Shown here piece after piece: positions 52,998-64,000 of a stretch of DNA of 64,000 bases. The notes beneath the pieces are model-generated. The model was given only the letters and a program-made list of their open reading frames with translations, was not told the origin of the DNA and ran no database searches. The DNA lies in assembly GCF_006345805.1 (NCBI RefSeq), contig NC_043015.1:43214001-43278000 (forward strand). Direction: 5' to 3'. A program made the position numbers and the translations under genes. The number at the start of each line of letters is the position of its first letter. Position 1 is the first letter of the stretch. The DNA is from Octopus sinensis (Eukaryota).

Positions 52998-53914
52998 TTA
53001 GCTGGCGTACCCGGTAATTCCTGGGTAAGCGGGGCTTATCCCTTGGTTATGTTTTCATAATTGTTTCGTTAATCCAATAATAGCAATACAAAAGTATGTA
53101 GCCCTTAAAACGGTTTTTGTGCATTTACAGAAAATACCGAACTATCTTACATAGGATGTTGTTTTTAGGAATTCCCAATAAGTTATGAATACCCAAATTG
53201 TGATATCAGTTATGTAATAACATGAAAATAGTTACCCGATAGTAAGAATTCAAATAAAGTAGCCCCGAAAAGGGCTTTAATGCGTTACCAGAGTATATAG
53301 AACCCAGGAGGAAATACTGATAAGGTATGTATACAAAAATCAAGAAGCATGTTGCGTAATAACAGACTAATCAGATGTGAAATAATAATAATTCAAAGTA
53401 AATAACTCTGAAAAGGGCTTTTGTGCGTTCTTATAGAATATTACCTTCAGAGGCGCTAGTGTTGGTATATTCGTGAATAAATCACTAACCGAAATAAGTG
53501 GATCTATTGTTTAGGAAAATACTATTTACTTGTTTAAGGGTTGTACTGGATAAATTACAAAAATAACTCTAACAGTTTAAATACTAAGAAACAAGTTACT
53601 CAATTTCCTTTTTACCAAATGATTTAGGGATATGAATGGGTTATATTCCTTGGCTATATATAAGGATTCCTTCCAGGGACGAATGTGTTATTTCCCTTGG
53701 ATTTTAAAATAAAATATATTAGATATATATAAGGATCCCCTACAGGGGCCCAATTATCAATTTTTTTCAACAATCTGAGTATTTCATGAGGTTTTCAGAC
53801 ATGAGTTCTACTCATGTGTCAAGTTTCATCAAAATCGATAAAACGATGTAGGAGGAGTTAGCTAACAACTCCACAAACACACCCACAGACAGAATTTCCC
53901 ACATATGTAGTAGA
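52998..53914 (-). mobile_element. DINE-1/HINE-like non-autonomous Helitron with internal degenerate tandem repeats
   Basis: Minus strand A|TCTACTAC start, ATCGATTTTGATGAAACTTGACACA core-like block, 3' hairpin ACCCAGGAATTACCGGGT, CTAA|T end; ~150-bp internal repeats containing AAAAGGGCTTT. Confidence 0.75.
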
Positions 53915-53918
53915 TATA

Positions 53919-54756
53919 TGAGAGGAAGTCAAAACTTTTCCACACTTTTGCCATATATCTTTATTATTGTCACACCGCCATCTGCAGATGCGTACTTATA
54001 GTTGGTACTGTTGTGGTCATGTGATCGAAGTTTGAGCCAGATCGCACTTTTTTTCTTGCTTTACATTGTAAGCATAGCCGCTCGACTAGCAATGTGCACC
54101 AAAGAAAAACAAAGTGCAGTGATTCGATTATGACAAAGAAAGTTGAGCTGAGAATCTGTAACAAGTTTTGCCAAAAGCTTGGCGATACCTGCTCAGAGGC
54201 CTACGCAAAGTTTTCAAAAACTTTTCATCATTCTCGACACAATCGAGGAGATCTTGTGCCATTGAAACCCAAGTGTCCTTTTGGTCAGCTGAAAGCAGTT
54301 TTGACACAAACTTGGTAGACACGCGACTCATGCCTAATGGTTCACCATTACCATCTCTCGGGCTTGCTGAATATTCTCGTCGGTGGTGGATGTTGACGGG
54401 CGTCCTACTCCCCCTTCGTGCGTCACGCTTGTCCGGCAACTTTTAAACTTTACCATCCACTCATATATCCTTCTACGCGATAATGCACTGTCCACCGATG
54501 AATTTCAGCACCTGACACACCTTCCGACCAGATAAATCGGATCACTGCTCATTATTCTTCTTTGGTGCACATTGCTAGTGGGGCGGCCATACTTACACTG
54601 TAAAACCAGAAAGGAAAATGACGCGATCAAGCTCAAACTTCAATCATGTGAGCACAGTAGTACCAACTCTAAGCACGCATGCACAAAAGGTAGTGTGACA
54701 ATAATAAAGATATGTTATAGCGGAAGTGCGGATAATTTTTGATTTCCACCCCCCCA
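53919..54756. mobile_element. Palindromic mariner derivative made of two inverted 5' ends
   Basis: TA flanks; ~210-bp diverged inverted arms each reaching ATGTGCACCAAAGAA; internal mariner N-terminal peptides on both strands. Confidence 0.8.
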
Positions 54757-54814
54757 TATATGTGTGTGTGTTGGGGGTGGTGGCATCAATTTTTCTCTTA
54801 AATATATTTATTTT

Positions 54815-54962
54815 TATTGAGGGCATTACTATACATAAATGCCACACGCTAGGAGGGACTCTTAAAGTGAAAACTATCAAAACGTGTTTATTTATTTTGG
54901 TAGTTTTGACTTTAAGAGTCCACCCTAGCGTGTGGCATTTATGTATAGTAATGCCCTCAATA
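54815..54962. mobile_element. 148-bp near-perfect hairpin (MITE/fold-back)
   Basis: TATTGAGGGCATTACTATACATAAATGCCACACGCTAGG versus CCTAGCGTGTGGCATTTATGTATAGTAATGCCCTCAATA. Confidence 0.85.
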
Positions 54963-55013
54963 TATATATATGTATCAAATGAAAAAAATGAAAAACAGGA
55001 CACAAAGGATGTC

Positions 55014-55106
55014 GCGGTACATATGTTTCGAGCTTTATAAAACAACTTATTCTTACATCAATGCATAATCGACATAACAGATAGTTTAAAAGCCCTCTTC
55101 AGCCGC
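55014..55106 (-). ncRNA. Type I hammerhead ribozyme, left arm
   Basis: GCGG-CTGAAGA-GGGCTTT...AAAGCTC-GAAAC-ATAT-GTA-CCGC on the minus strand. Confidence 0.78.
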
Positions 55107-55336
55107 ATGCAATTGCTACACCAAAGACTTGTATCACATTATGAAAGGTTTGAGAAAGAACATTTGGTGTTATTTATAATGGTAGGTAAACCGAGTATCA
55201 CTGGGAAAGTATGTTTGTAAATCTTCATAATCAAATAGGCTTACAGAGTATTATTAGACTCCAAAAAAATCGTCCATACCGTTTTCTCACTCAATACAGA
55301 GTGAATACTGGCAAGTATTTGGTGTAGCAATTGCAT

Positions 55337-55429
55337 GCGGCTGAAGAGGGCTTTTAAACTATCTGTTATGTCGATTATACATTGATGTAAGAATAAGTTG
55401 TTTTATAAAGCTCGAAACATATGTACCGC
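55337..55429 (+). ncRNA. Type I hammerhead ribozyme, right arm
   Basis: GCGG-CTGAAGA-GGGCTTT...AAAGCTC-GAAAC-ATAT-GTA-CCGC; complete core, palindromic stem III loop. Confidence 0.78.
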
Positions 55430-55540
55430 GACATCCTTTGTGTCCTGTTTTTCATTTTTTTTATCATTTGATACATATATCCTCTCACCTATGCTACTAG
55501 CTGACATATACAGGTGCTTACATTTATCAAGTATTCACCC

Positions 55541-55598
<58 letters not shown>

Positions 55599-55825
55599 AT
55601 ATAAGAGAAAGGTTGCGTTCAATTGCAACATTTTTACTTTGTGGTGTGTACAAAGTTAGATTTCTAATAAAGATTCTTCATATTAAATTTGTAGCATACT
55701 ATTGCAAGTATTTTATTAAAAATATGAAAATTTTACAAGTGTAAGGTGTGTTATGAGTATTTAAAACCATGTTAAGCATGGATTAAAATGTTATAAAAAT
55801 TTTAACATCATCTCTTCTCCATCTT

Positions 55826-55911
<86 letters not shown>

Positions 55912-56060
55912 TGTATGTATGTATGTATAAGCTGTGTTATGAGCACTTATAGAATACCTTCTTATATAAACTCAACAAACAATTGAAGATGTGACCTCAT
56001 GTGTACCGTTGGCGATTTTTTTCCTCTGTCTTCCCTTCCCTTGATCTTTCCTTCTCCTAT

Positions 56061-56095
56061 GTTTCCGACGAAGGGCTCCACTCGAAACGTTAAAC
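56061..56095 (+). ncRNA. Decayed minimal hammerhead motif in a (TA)n-anchored element (about 55990-56195)
   Basis: GTTT-CCGACGA-A-GGGC-TCCA-CTC-GAA-ACGT-T-AAAC. Confidence 0.5.
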
Positions 56096-56215
56096 CTTCC
56101 TTCTTTCCTCCTTTCCTGAGCGTCCAATAATACTATATTTGTTCCACGTCCTCGCGTTGTTGTGTTTTTTTTGTGCTGTCATATTTGGATTAACCTTATA
56201 TATATATATATATTA

Positions 56216-56272
<57 letters not shown>

Positions 56273-56351
56273 CATATATATACATATATATATAAACGCT
56301 GTAACAGTTAAATTCACTTCATAACTTAAAATTGAATAGAAGATCTGAAAT

Positions 56352-56397
56352 CCACCTGATGAATGTCCTTAGAAGAGACACGAAACAATTGTAGTGG
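56352..56397 (+). ncRNA. Type I hammerhead motif, same family as 27183-27225
   Basis: CCAC-CTGATGA-ATGTC-CTTAGAAGA-GACAC-GAAAC-AATT-GTA-GTGG; A:C mismatch at the base of stem II. Confidence 0.72.
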
Positions 56398-56492
56398 CGA
56401 ATTTAATTTTATTTAATTTATATTAAATTTTTTTATGTATTGGATTAAGTCTTTCTTTGTTTGATTTGCAAAATAGTGGTTTGTCTGTAATA

Positions 56493-56545
<53 letters not shown>

Positions 56546-56751
56546 AAAAATATTACAGGTTTATACAAATCAAATTTTTATATATAAATAGACATGTTCT
56601 TGACCCCCAGACAGAAGATAAACTATTTTTACTTCAAATTTTCATAAATTTTTACTGATATTTGCTAAGATGAGATACATGAAACCAGTAATATTTTCTT
56701 TATATAATTTTCTTATTAAATTCCCTCCGAAATTGAAATGTCTTAGATTTA

Positions 56752-59700
56752 CATTTCATTTCATTTCATTTCATTTGGGTTTGAGTCCATGCTCAGGCCA
56801 AGTCGAAGACTCCACCCTCAGAGTCTGGTGTGGTTGCCAGGTTGTATTCTCTGCTTAAATTTGACATGTGTAGGAGCGAGTTTGAGTCAGTTTGTGCTCG
56901 TTGTGTATATCCTGGGAGATGGGGTTCATCTCTAATGGTGCTTAAGTATCTATCCAGTTGCAATTTGAATGATTCCACACTGCATCCTGATAGATTTCTG
57001 ACATGTACCGGAATGGAGTTGAACAGTTGTGCTCCTCGAACCAACAGACTTGATTCTCGCAGGGTTTTTGCTGCCTGGCCAGCCTTTTTGTTGATTGGTG
57101 GCAGCTGGCAGCGTCTTCCGTGGCGCAGTGAGTGGTAGGTTTTGATACCAAAGTTTGGCACCTTCTGCTCTATCATTTTCCAAATGTATATAATTCGGTA
57201 TCGCTCAAATCTTCTTTCTATTGAGTACATCCTCAAGGTTTTGAGTCTTTGCCAATAGTCCAGGTCCCTCGTTTCTGAGAAGTATGAGGTAAAATTTCTT
57301 TGGAGCGATTCTATCTTAGATAGTTGGCCCTTTGTTGTTGGTGACCACAACTGAGAACAGTAGTCAATCCTCGGAAGTATCATACTGTTCCAGAGGGTTT
57401 TCATTGTTGAGGTATCTCTTGATTTGAAGGTGCGCAAGATCCACCCGCTGTACTTTCTTGCAGTAAGACAGACTGAGTCAAGGTGTTCTCTGAATTTTAG
57501 GTTGGTTCCCATGTGGATGCCTAAATCTTTCACATACTGTTTTTCCATTATTTGTTGTCCTGATGGGTTTCTGTAGTTTGTTGTATTTTTCAGATCTTGA
57601 TCTGTTCCGTAGCGAATTAGTTCAAACTTCTTATCAATGAACAACATGTTGTTTGTTTCCTGCCATTTATATATGGTGGTCAGGTCCTTTTGTAAGGCCT
57701 CTGTATCCACCTCGTCTTTGATTTGTCTCATGACCCTGGTGTCATCAGCAAAGGATGAGACGTTGCTGGTTGTATCTTCATCTATGTCAGAGATGAGGAT
57801 GAGAAACAGGATTGGGCCGAGTACTGTACCCTGAGGAACACTGCTGGTCACAGGTGATGGTGTTGAATGGGTTCCATTCAGAGTGACTGTTTGAGTTCTA
57901 TTTGTAAGGAACTCGTGTATCCATGTACCAACTTTTCCTCCTACTCCTAGCTTTCGAAGTTTGTGACCCAGGATGCCATGATCTACCTTGTCAAATGCCT
58001 TGGCAAAGTCGATGTAGATAACATCTGTGTTGTATCCATTCTCTAGATTTTCTAGGATTTGGTCATGGTGTGCCAGTAGTTGGGAAAGGCATGATCTACC
58101 TAACCTGAATCCATGCTGGTTGCAATTCATCAGATTGTTGGATTCCAGGAACTCAACCAGTTTTCCACGAACTATTCTTTCGAAGACCTTGATAATGTGT
58201 GATGTCAGTGAGATTGGTCGGTAGTTCTTTGGTTTTGATTTGCTATCCCCTTTATGTATTGGAGTTATGTGTGCTTCTTTATATGTATTTGGTATTTTGC
58301 CATTCTCCATAGATTCCCTCCATATCATGTAAAGGGGTTTCGACAATTGTGCCTTGCAGTTTTTAAGTATCATGGCATTGAAACCGTCAGGCCCCGCAGC
58401 CGAGTGCATGGAGAGCTTGTCTATTGCTCTTGCTATGTCTTCTGGGTTGAAATCAATGTCGGATAGGGTAGGTTTAGTATGGTCGATATCCTTGAAGAAT
58501 TTTCCTGGGTCATGGATCTTCATGGTTTTAGATGGCTCACTGAAGACACTTTCATACTGTTGACCCAACATTTCTGCCATTTCAATAGGGTTATTCACTA
58601 CATCCCCATTTTGTCTCTGGAGAGGTCCTATTGTTGACTTGGTGTTCGAGTATTTCTTTGCAAAACTGTAGAAACATTTTGGATTTTTTTTTATGTTTTC
58701 TATGGCTTTCTTTTCTGCATTGTTACGTTCTTCATCATAGTGTTGTTTTAGATTGTCTTCTAATCTGTATATTTGGTCAAGGACTTTCTGTAATTCATGT
58801 TTTGATGTCAGCTTAGATGTTTTGTTTCTTAGTCTTGACCTTTTGCGCATCAGGATCTTTCGCTCCCGTGGTACAGGTTTTTTTGTGGACTTGGTTTTCT
58901 TTAGAGGAACATTTTTTTCACATATTTCTTCGATCTTGTTTAAGAATTTCTTGTGTTTATCTGGCCCAGTAAGGTAGAGATCCCCGTCAATGATTTGTAA
59001 CTGGTTGTTAATAGTTTCCAATTTGCCTGGTGATAATCATACCTGCATAGCTTTGGCATGTCCTTTTGTTTAAGAGTTGTGGCATTGGGCTCATTACCAA
59101 TGTGTAAATGCATTTCAATAATATTGTGGTCTGAAAGGATTGTTGGGGTTGAGTGAAGGTCAAATAGCGTGTCCTCGTTGTTGGTGAAAACCAAGTCGAT
59201 CGTATTATTATTTCTTGTTGTTCTGTCATCATTTCTTTGAGGTATAATTTCTCTGTGACTTCCAACAGTTTGGCTGCCTGTATTTGTTCAGCTTTTGTCC
59301 CCAGTTTTAGTATGTATCCATGTGGCCAGATGATGTTAGGGAAGTTGAAGTCACCAAGGAGGATAATGTCTGGCATTGGACTTGCCATGTTTCCCAGAAT
59401 TTGTTGGAGCTTCGTCAGTGGCTCAGTGAAGGATAATGTTGGGCTGTTTGGCGGTCTGTACATTATTGTTACAACTGTATTAAGTTGGATGATTTTTATG
59501 CACAGCAGGTTGCAGTAGGCATTTGATTCATTGACAAGTTCTATGCATGCATAGGTATCATGGATATACATGATAACGCCTCCATGGGATCTGCCTTGTC
59601 TATCACATCTGAAGATGTTGAATCTATTGATTGTGATTTCGCTGTTGCGGATGTTTTCGTTGAGATGACTTTCAATAATTCCAATTATTTTGGAGTTGTT

Positions 59701-59845
59701 TTCTGTTGCTAATTCTTCCAAGAAAGGGACTTTACACTGTTTTGTTTTCGGATAAAGACCCTGGATATTTGCTGTTATTATGCTTGTTGTACCGGATACA
59801 TCTGTACCGGATACATCTGTGCTATTTCCACCTCCATCTGTTGTA
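56752..59845 (-). mobile_element. CR1-clade LINE, nearly complete ORF2 region with (TGAAA)n tail, ORF1 absent
   Basis: APE and RT domains in order; stop at 56793; tail at 56752-56775. Confidence 0.93.
56793..59790 (-). pseudogene. LINE ORF2 (AP endonuclease and reverse transcriptase), split by two 1-nt deletions
   Basis: APE: ANIQGL, IGIIESHL, DRQGRSHGGV, YRPP, LLGDFNFP, SDHNII. RT: NYRPISLTS, QHGFR, YIDFAKAFDKVDH, VPQGTVLGPILF, FADDT. Frameshifts at about 59220 and 59018. Confidence 0.93.
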
Positions 59846-60021
59846 TATAAGCATACAAACAAACACATACACATATATGTATGTATGTATGCATGTATAT
59901 ATCTTAATGTATAGCTTTTACCTTTCACTTATTTCAGGCACTGGGCTGCGGCCATGCAGGAGCACCGCCCTGAAGCGTTTAGTCGACTAAATCGACATCA
60001 GAACTTATTTTCAATAATCGC

Positions 60022-60052
<31 letters not shown>

Positions 60053-60276
60053 ACTTCTGCTGACGGCGAGTTGGCAGAATCGTTAGTACGCTGGGCGAAA
60101 TACTTATCGTTATTTCACCCGTCGCTTTGTTCTGAGTTCAAATTCCGCCGAAGTCGACTTTGCCTTTCATCCTTTCGGAGTCGATTGAATAAGTACCAGT
60201 TATAACATTGGGGTCGATGAGATCTACTATACTCATCCCACCAAAATTTCACGCCTTGGTGCCTATATCAGAAAGG

Positions 60277-60315
<39 letters not shown>

Positions 60316-60336
60316 TTATTATTATTATTATTATTA

Positions 60337-60431
60337 TTGAGTGAGAGAGCAATTCATGCCATCAAAGTGACACTGGGGTAAAATATACGAAGCCCAATAT
60401 ACCTATCATGACTACCCGTCTGATAAGGGTA
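60337..60431 (-). mobile_element. Family D, 5'-truncated 95-bp copy in (TTA)n
   Basis: GAGTGAGAGAGC...GATAAGGGT matches 45323-45415. Confidence 0.75.
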
Positions 60432-60450
60432 GTCATTATCATTATTATTA

Positions 60451-60523
<73 letters not shown>

Positions 60524-60629
60524 TATTATTGTTATTATTATTATTATTATTATTATATTATTATTATATTATTATTATTATCATTATTATTATTATTATA
60601 ATTATTATTATTATTGTTGTTGTGTTTTG

Positions 60630-60668
<39 letters not shown>

Positions 60669-61057
60669 GTTGTGTTGTTATTATATTATTATTATTATTA
60701 TTGTTGTTATTATTATTATTATTTTATGTAACATATGGTATAATTATAAACAGGGAAAATGTTAGCCATTTCTCCGCAGACTGAAAAAAAGAATGAACTT
60801 CAATCGATTTTCGAACTTTATTGGTTTCTCATCAGAAGCGTCTACAACATTCTGACACTTGCAAGAGGAGCAAGCAGCCAAACTGTCCATATACTCAACA
60901 AATGCAGCAGTTACTCTATGAAAGTGTCCTTAATTTGAATACTAAAAGTGTTTAACACTCTATAAATACCAGAGATCTTAGCCCACACAGTATCAAGGTA
61001 TGATATAATAAAATATGTAACATATGGTATAATTATAAACAAGGCAAATATTAGCCA

Positions 61058-61094
<37 letters not shown>

Positions 61095-61096
<2 letters not shown>

Positions 61097-61278
61097 CGGG
61101 AAAGTTTACGAAAATAAACAAAAGACGAAGGCAGGTGGAGTACAAACAAACAATTGTATTAGTATGGCGCTCAGGAATAGAAATAGAAAAAGTCTTTTAC
61201 ATTTCGAGCCTACGCTCTTCGAAAGAAAGATACACAGAAAAAAAAACAAGGAGAGAAAAAATGCGTGTAGGAGCTAAC
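61095..61278 (-). mobile_element. Second copy of the 36209-36405 element; hammerhead motif 61194-61229 decayed
   Basis: High identity to 36209-36405; core reads CTTTCGA. Confidence 0.75.
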
Positions 61279-61356
61279 GATCTATCATGGCGTCCTGACT
61301 TCGGACAGTGGTCAGACGCGAGAAGGACAGTAGGGGAGATAACATATATATATATG

Positions 61357-61419
<63 letters not shown>

Positions 61420-61488
61420 ATGTGTATGCTGGACTACTGGTTTTAAATTGATATTAAAATTAATATTAATTTATCTCCCTCATTATTT

Positions 61489-61531
<43 letters not shown>

Positions 61532-62181
61532 TTTTATATGTTTCAGTAATTTGTCTGCAGCCATGTTGGAGCACCGTCTTTAATCGAATAAATCGACTTA
61601 AAAGCTTATTCTTTGTAAGCCTAGTACTTATTCTATCGTTCGCTTTTGCCGAACCACTAAGTTACGGGGACATAAACACGCTAACATCAGTTGTCAAGCG
61701 ATGGCGGGGCGGCAGACAGACAGACAGACACACAGACAGACACACAGACAGACACACACACACATACATATATACACGACAGACATCTTTCAGTTTCCGT
61801 CTACCAAATCCACTCACAAGGCTTTGGTCGACCCGAGGCTATAGAAGACACTTGCCTAAGGTGTTACGCAGTGTGACTGTTTACGTCCCACTAACTTAGC
61901 TGTTCGGCAAAAAGAGATTGACAGAATTTGTAAGAGGCTTAGCTAAAGGTAAATACTGGTGTTTATTTATTCGACTAAGAGTATAAGTACAGAAGCGAAA
62001 AATTATGCGACATGGAATTCAACTATAAGTGGCCTATACTCCGCGTTGGAGGGTTAAAGGCAGATGAAGAAGTGACTTGGGTAATAGGAAACGAAGTATT
62101 TTGTTGCAGAACACAACGAGGTGTTTGGTCTAGGAATCGAAACACCGATATTGTGATAATGAGTACAACACATTAAGCATT

Positions 62182-62566
62182 CTTCATTAGCACTCCGTCG
62201 GTTACGACGACGAGGGTTCCGGTTGATCCGATCATCGAAACAGCCTGCTCGTGAAATTAACGTGTAAGTGGCCGAGCACTCCACAGACACGTGTACCCTT
62301 AACGTAGTTCTCGGGGATATTCAGCGTGACACAGAGAGTGACAAGGCCGGCCCTTTGAAATACAGGTACAACAGAAGCAGGAAGTAAGAGTGAGAGAAAG
62401 TTGTGGTGAAAGAGTACAGCAGGGATCACCACCATCCCTGCCGGAGCCTCGTAGAGCTTTAGGTGTTTTCGCTCAATAAACACTCACAACGCCCGGTCTG
62501 GGAATCGAAACCGCGATCCTACGACCGCGAGTCCACTGCCCTAACCACTGGGCCATTGCGCCTCCG
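62182..62566 (-). mobile_element. SINE family E, tail variant 2, with 11-bp TSD
   Basis: Same head as 43728; CATTAAGCATT at 62171-62181 and 62567-62577; tail fragments also at about 32576-32710 and 44355-44460. Confidence 0.9.
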
Positions 62567-63039
62567 CATTAAGCATTAGGCCACGCGCTTTCTCTAAAAT
62601 TGGATACATAAAAGTAGAATTAACCACCAAAGAACTCAATGCAAATGATAATATACATTATATGCACCAGTCTGGGGTAGAATAGCGTAAGAGGCCTACT
62701 GGTGCAACTGACACCACGCAAACATCGATTACTCGATTGCAATTCGATGCCATTATCGAATAGACGACTGGAAGACATCTATTCTGCAACAAATTAGATA
62801 TTATAAATTGTTTCTGCAATTTAGTTGTACGGATTTTTTTCTCTCGCTATTATATGAGTCGCTCAATGATTCGTTAAACGATAAATGGCGTGTTTCATGT
62901 CCCCACTTGGCGAGTCTGTTGCTCTTTTCTATCTGAAATTGTTGATTATTATGTCCAGTATGAAGCATAATGAAATTTGAGACCTCACAGATTGAAATAA
63001 TATTCCAGTATAATGAAATATGCACTGAGAGGGAGGGGA

Positions 63040-63112
63040 TCGATAGAAAGATAGACAGACAGACTGATAGATAGACAAATAGACAGGTAGATAGATAGAC
63101 AGACAGACAAAC

Positions 63113-63181
<69 letters not shown>

Positions 63182-63255
63182 TAGACAGATAGATAGATGA
63201 TAGATAGATAGATAGGTAGGTAGATAGATAGATAGATAGATAGACAGACAGACAT

Positions 63256-63291
<36 letters not shown>

Positions 63292-63293
63292 GA

Positions 63294-63324
<31 letters not shown>

Positions 63325-63360
63325 TAGACAGATAGAGAGATAGATAGATAGATAGGTAGG

Positions 63361-63404
<44 letters not shown>

Positions 63405-63415
63405 CAGACAGACAT

Positions 63416-63497
<82 letters not shown>
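63040..63497. repeat. (GATA/GACA)n tract
   Basis: Directly visible. Confidence 0.95.
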
Positions 63498-63503
<6 letters not shown>

Positions 63504-63756
63504 CTTTCTTTATTGGCCACACAGAGTTGGACACAGAGGGGACAATTACAAATGTAGAGCTTTTCTTTTCGGAGATGGAAAAGGAAAGGGAAGAAAAAAA
63601 AGGGAAGCAAATGTAAAATTTCGATCAAAAGGGATCGGAAGAAAAAAAAGCGATCAAAAGGGATCGTGTATTACAGAAAGAAAAAAAAAAATTTTTTCCA
63701 AGTAACAAACAAGATTAGGTTCGTCCGTGGAAAGAAAAGCCTACAGAAAAGACCAC

Positions 63757-63759
<3 letters not shown>
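63497..63759 (-). mobile_element. Tx1/L1-like 3' UTR fragment with (GATA)n on both sides
   Basis: Minus strand starts CGTGGTCTTTTC and ends GTGTGGCCAATAAAGAAAG; GATA repeats resume immediately at both ends. Confidence 0.65.
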
Positions 63760-63838
<79 letters not shown>

Positions 63839-64000
63839 GGTGGAACAAATACACATCATAAATAGTTTCTGAATAAGTGTTCATATTTTAACATATTCTT
63901 GTTGAAGACAGAGATTTTAAAGAAATCGGACAGACAGACATTAATATCGAAGACAATGTCGAGAATAGAAGAAAGTCTCCAGACGGACGAATCAATTCTA

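Larger units (their letters stand above)
54966..55479. mobile_element. Fold-back element with two intact hammerhead motifs
   Basis: ~165-bp near-identical inverted arms (54966-55131, 55312-55479), TA flanks. Confidence 0.9.

Noticed and set aside
60797-60839. Minus-strand GCTT-CTGATGA-GAA...TTC-GAAA-ATCGAT-TG-AAGT
   Set aside because: Plausibly a decayed hammerhead, but G at the cleavage position and a weak stem II make it too uncertain to list as a feature.

Overview
Very AT-rich, microsatellite-saturated eukaryotic DNA. The repeat repertoire (tRNA-headed SINEs, RTE/CR1/Tx1 LINE debris, maT/mariner remnants, long TA/GATA/AAT/GAT tracts) points to an octopus genome; this is inference from memory of these families, not a search. 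I recognise no host protein-coding gene, and nearly all long ORFs in the track are translated microsatellites. The only credible protein remnants come from transposons: a near-complete CR1-type ORF2 (APE+RT, minus strand, 56793-59790, two 1-nt deletions), a second CR1 RT 3' half, RTE and Tx1 C-termini, a DD37D maT transposase and mariner fragments. The most striking signal is a dense set of type I hammerhead-ribozyme motifs (CUGANGA / stem II / GAAA / NUH, closed by stem I): more than a dozen intact or decayed copies from several unrelated sequence families. They occur in 340-510 bp fold-back elements with one ribozyme motif per arm pointing outward, in (TA)n-anchored short elements, and in a tRNA-headed SINE. 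Minimal hammerheads are known from Penelope-like elements, but no Penelope RT/GIY-YIG ORF is visible here. All folds were done by eye; coordinates of degenerate repeats are approximate.
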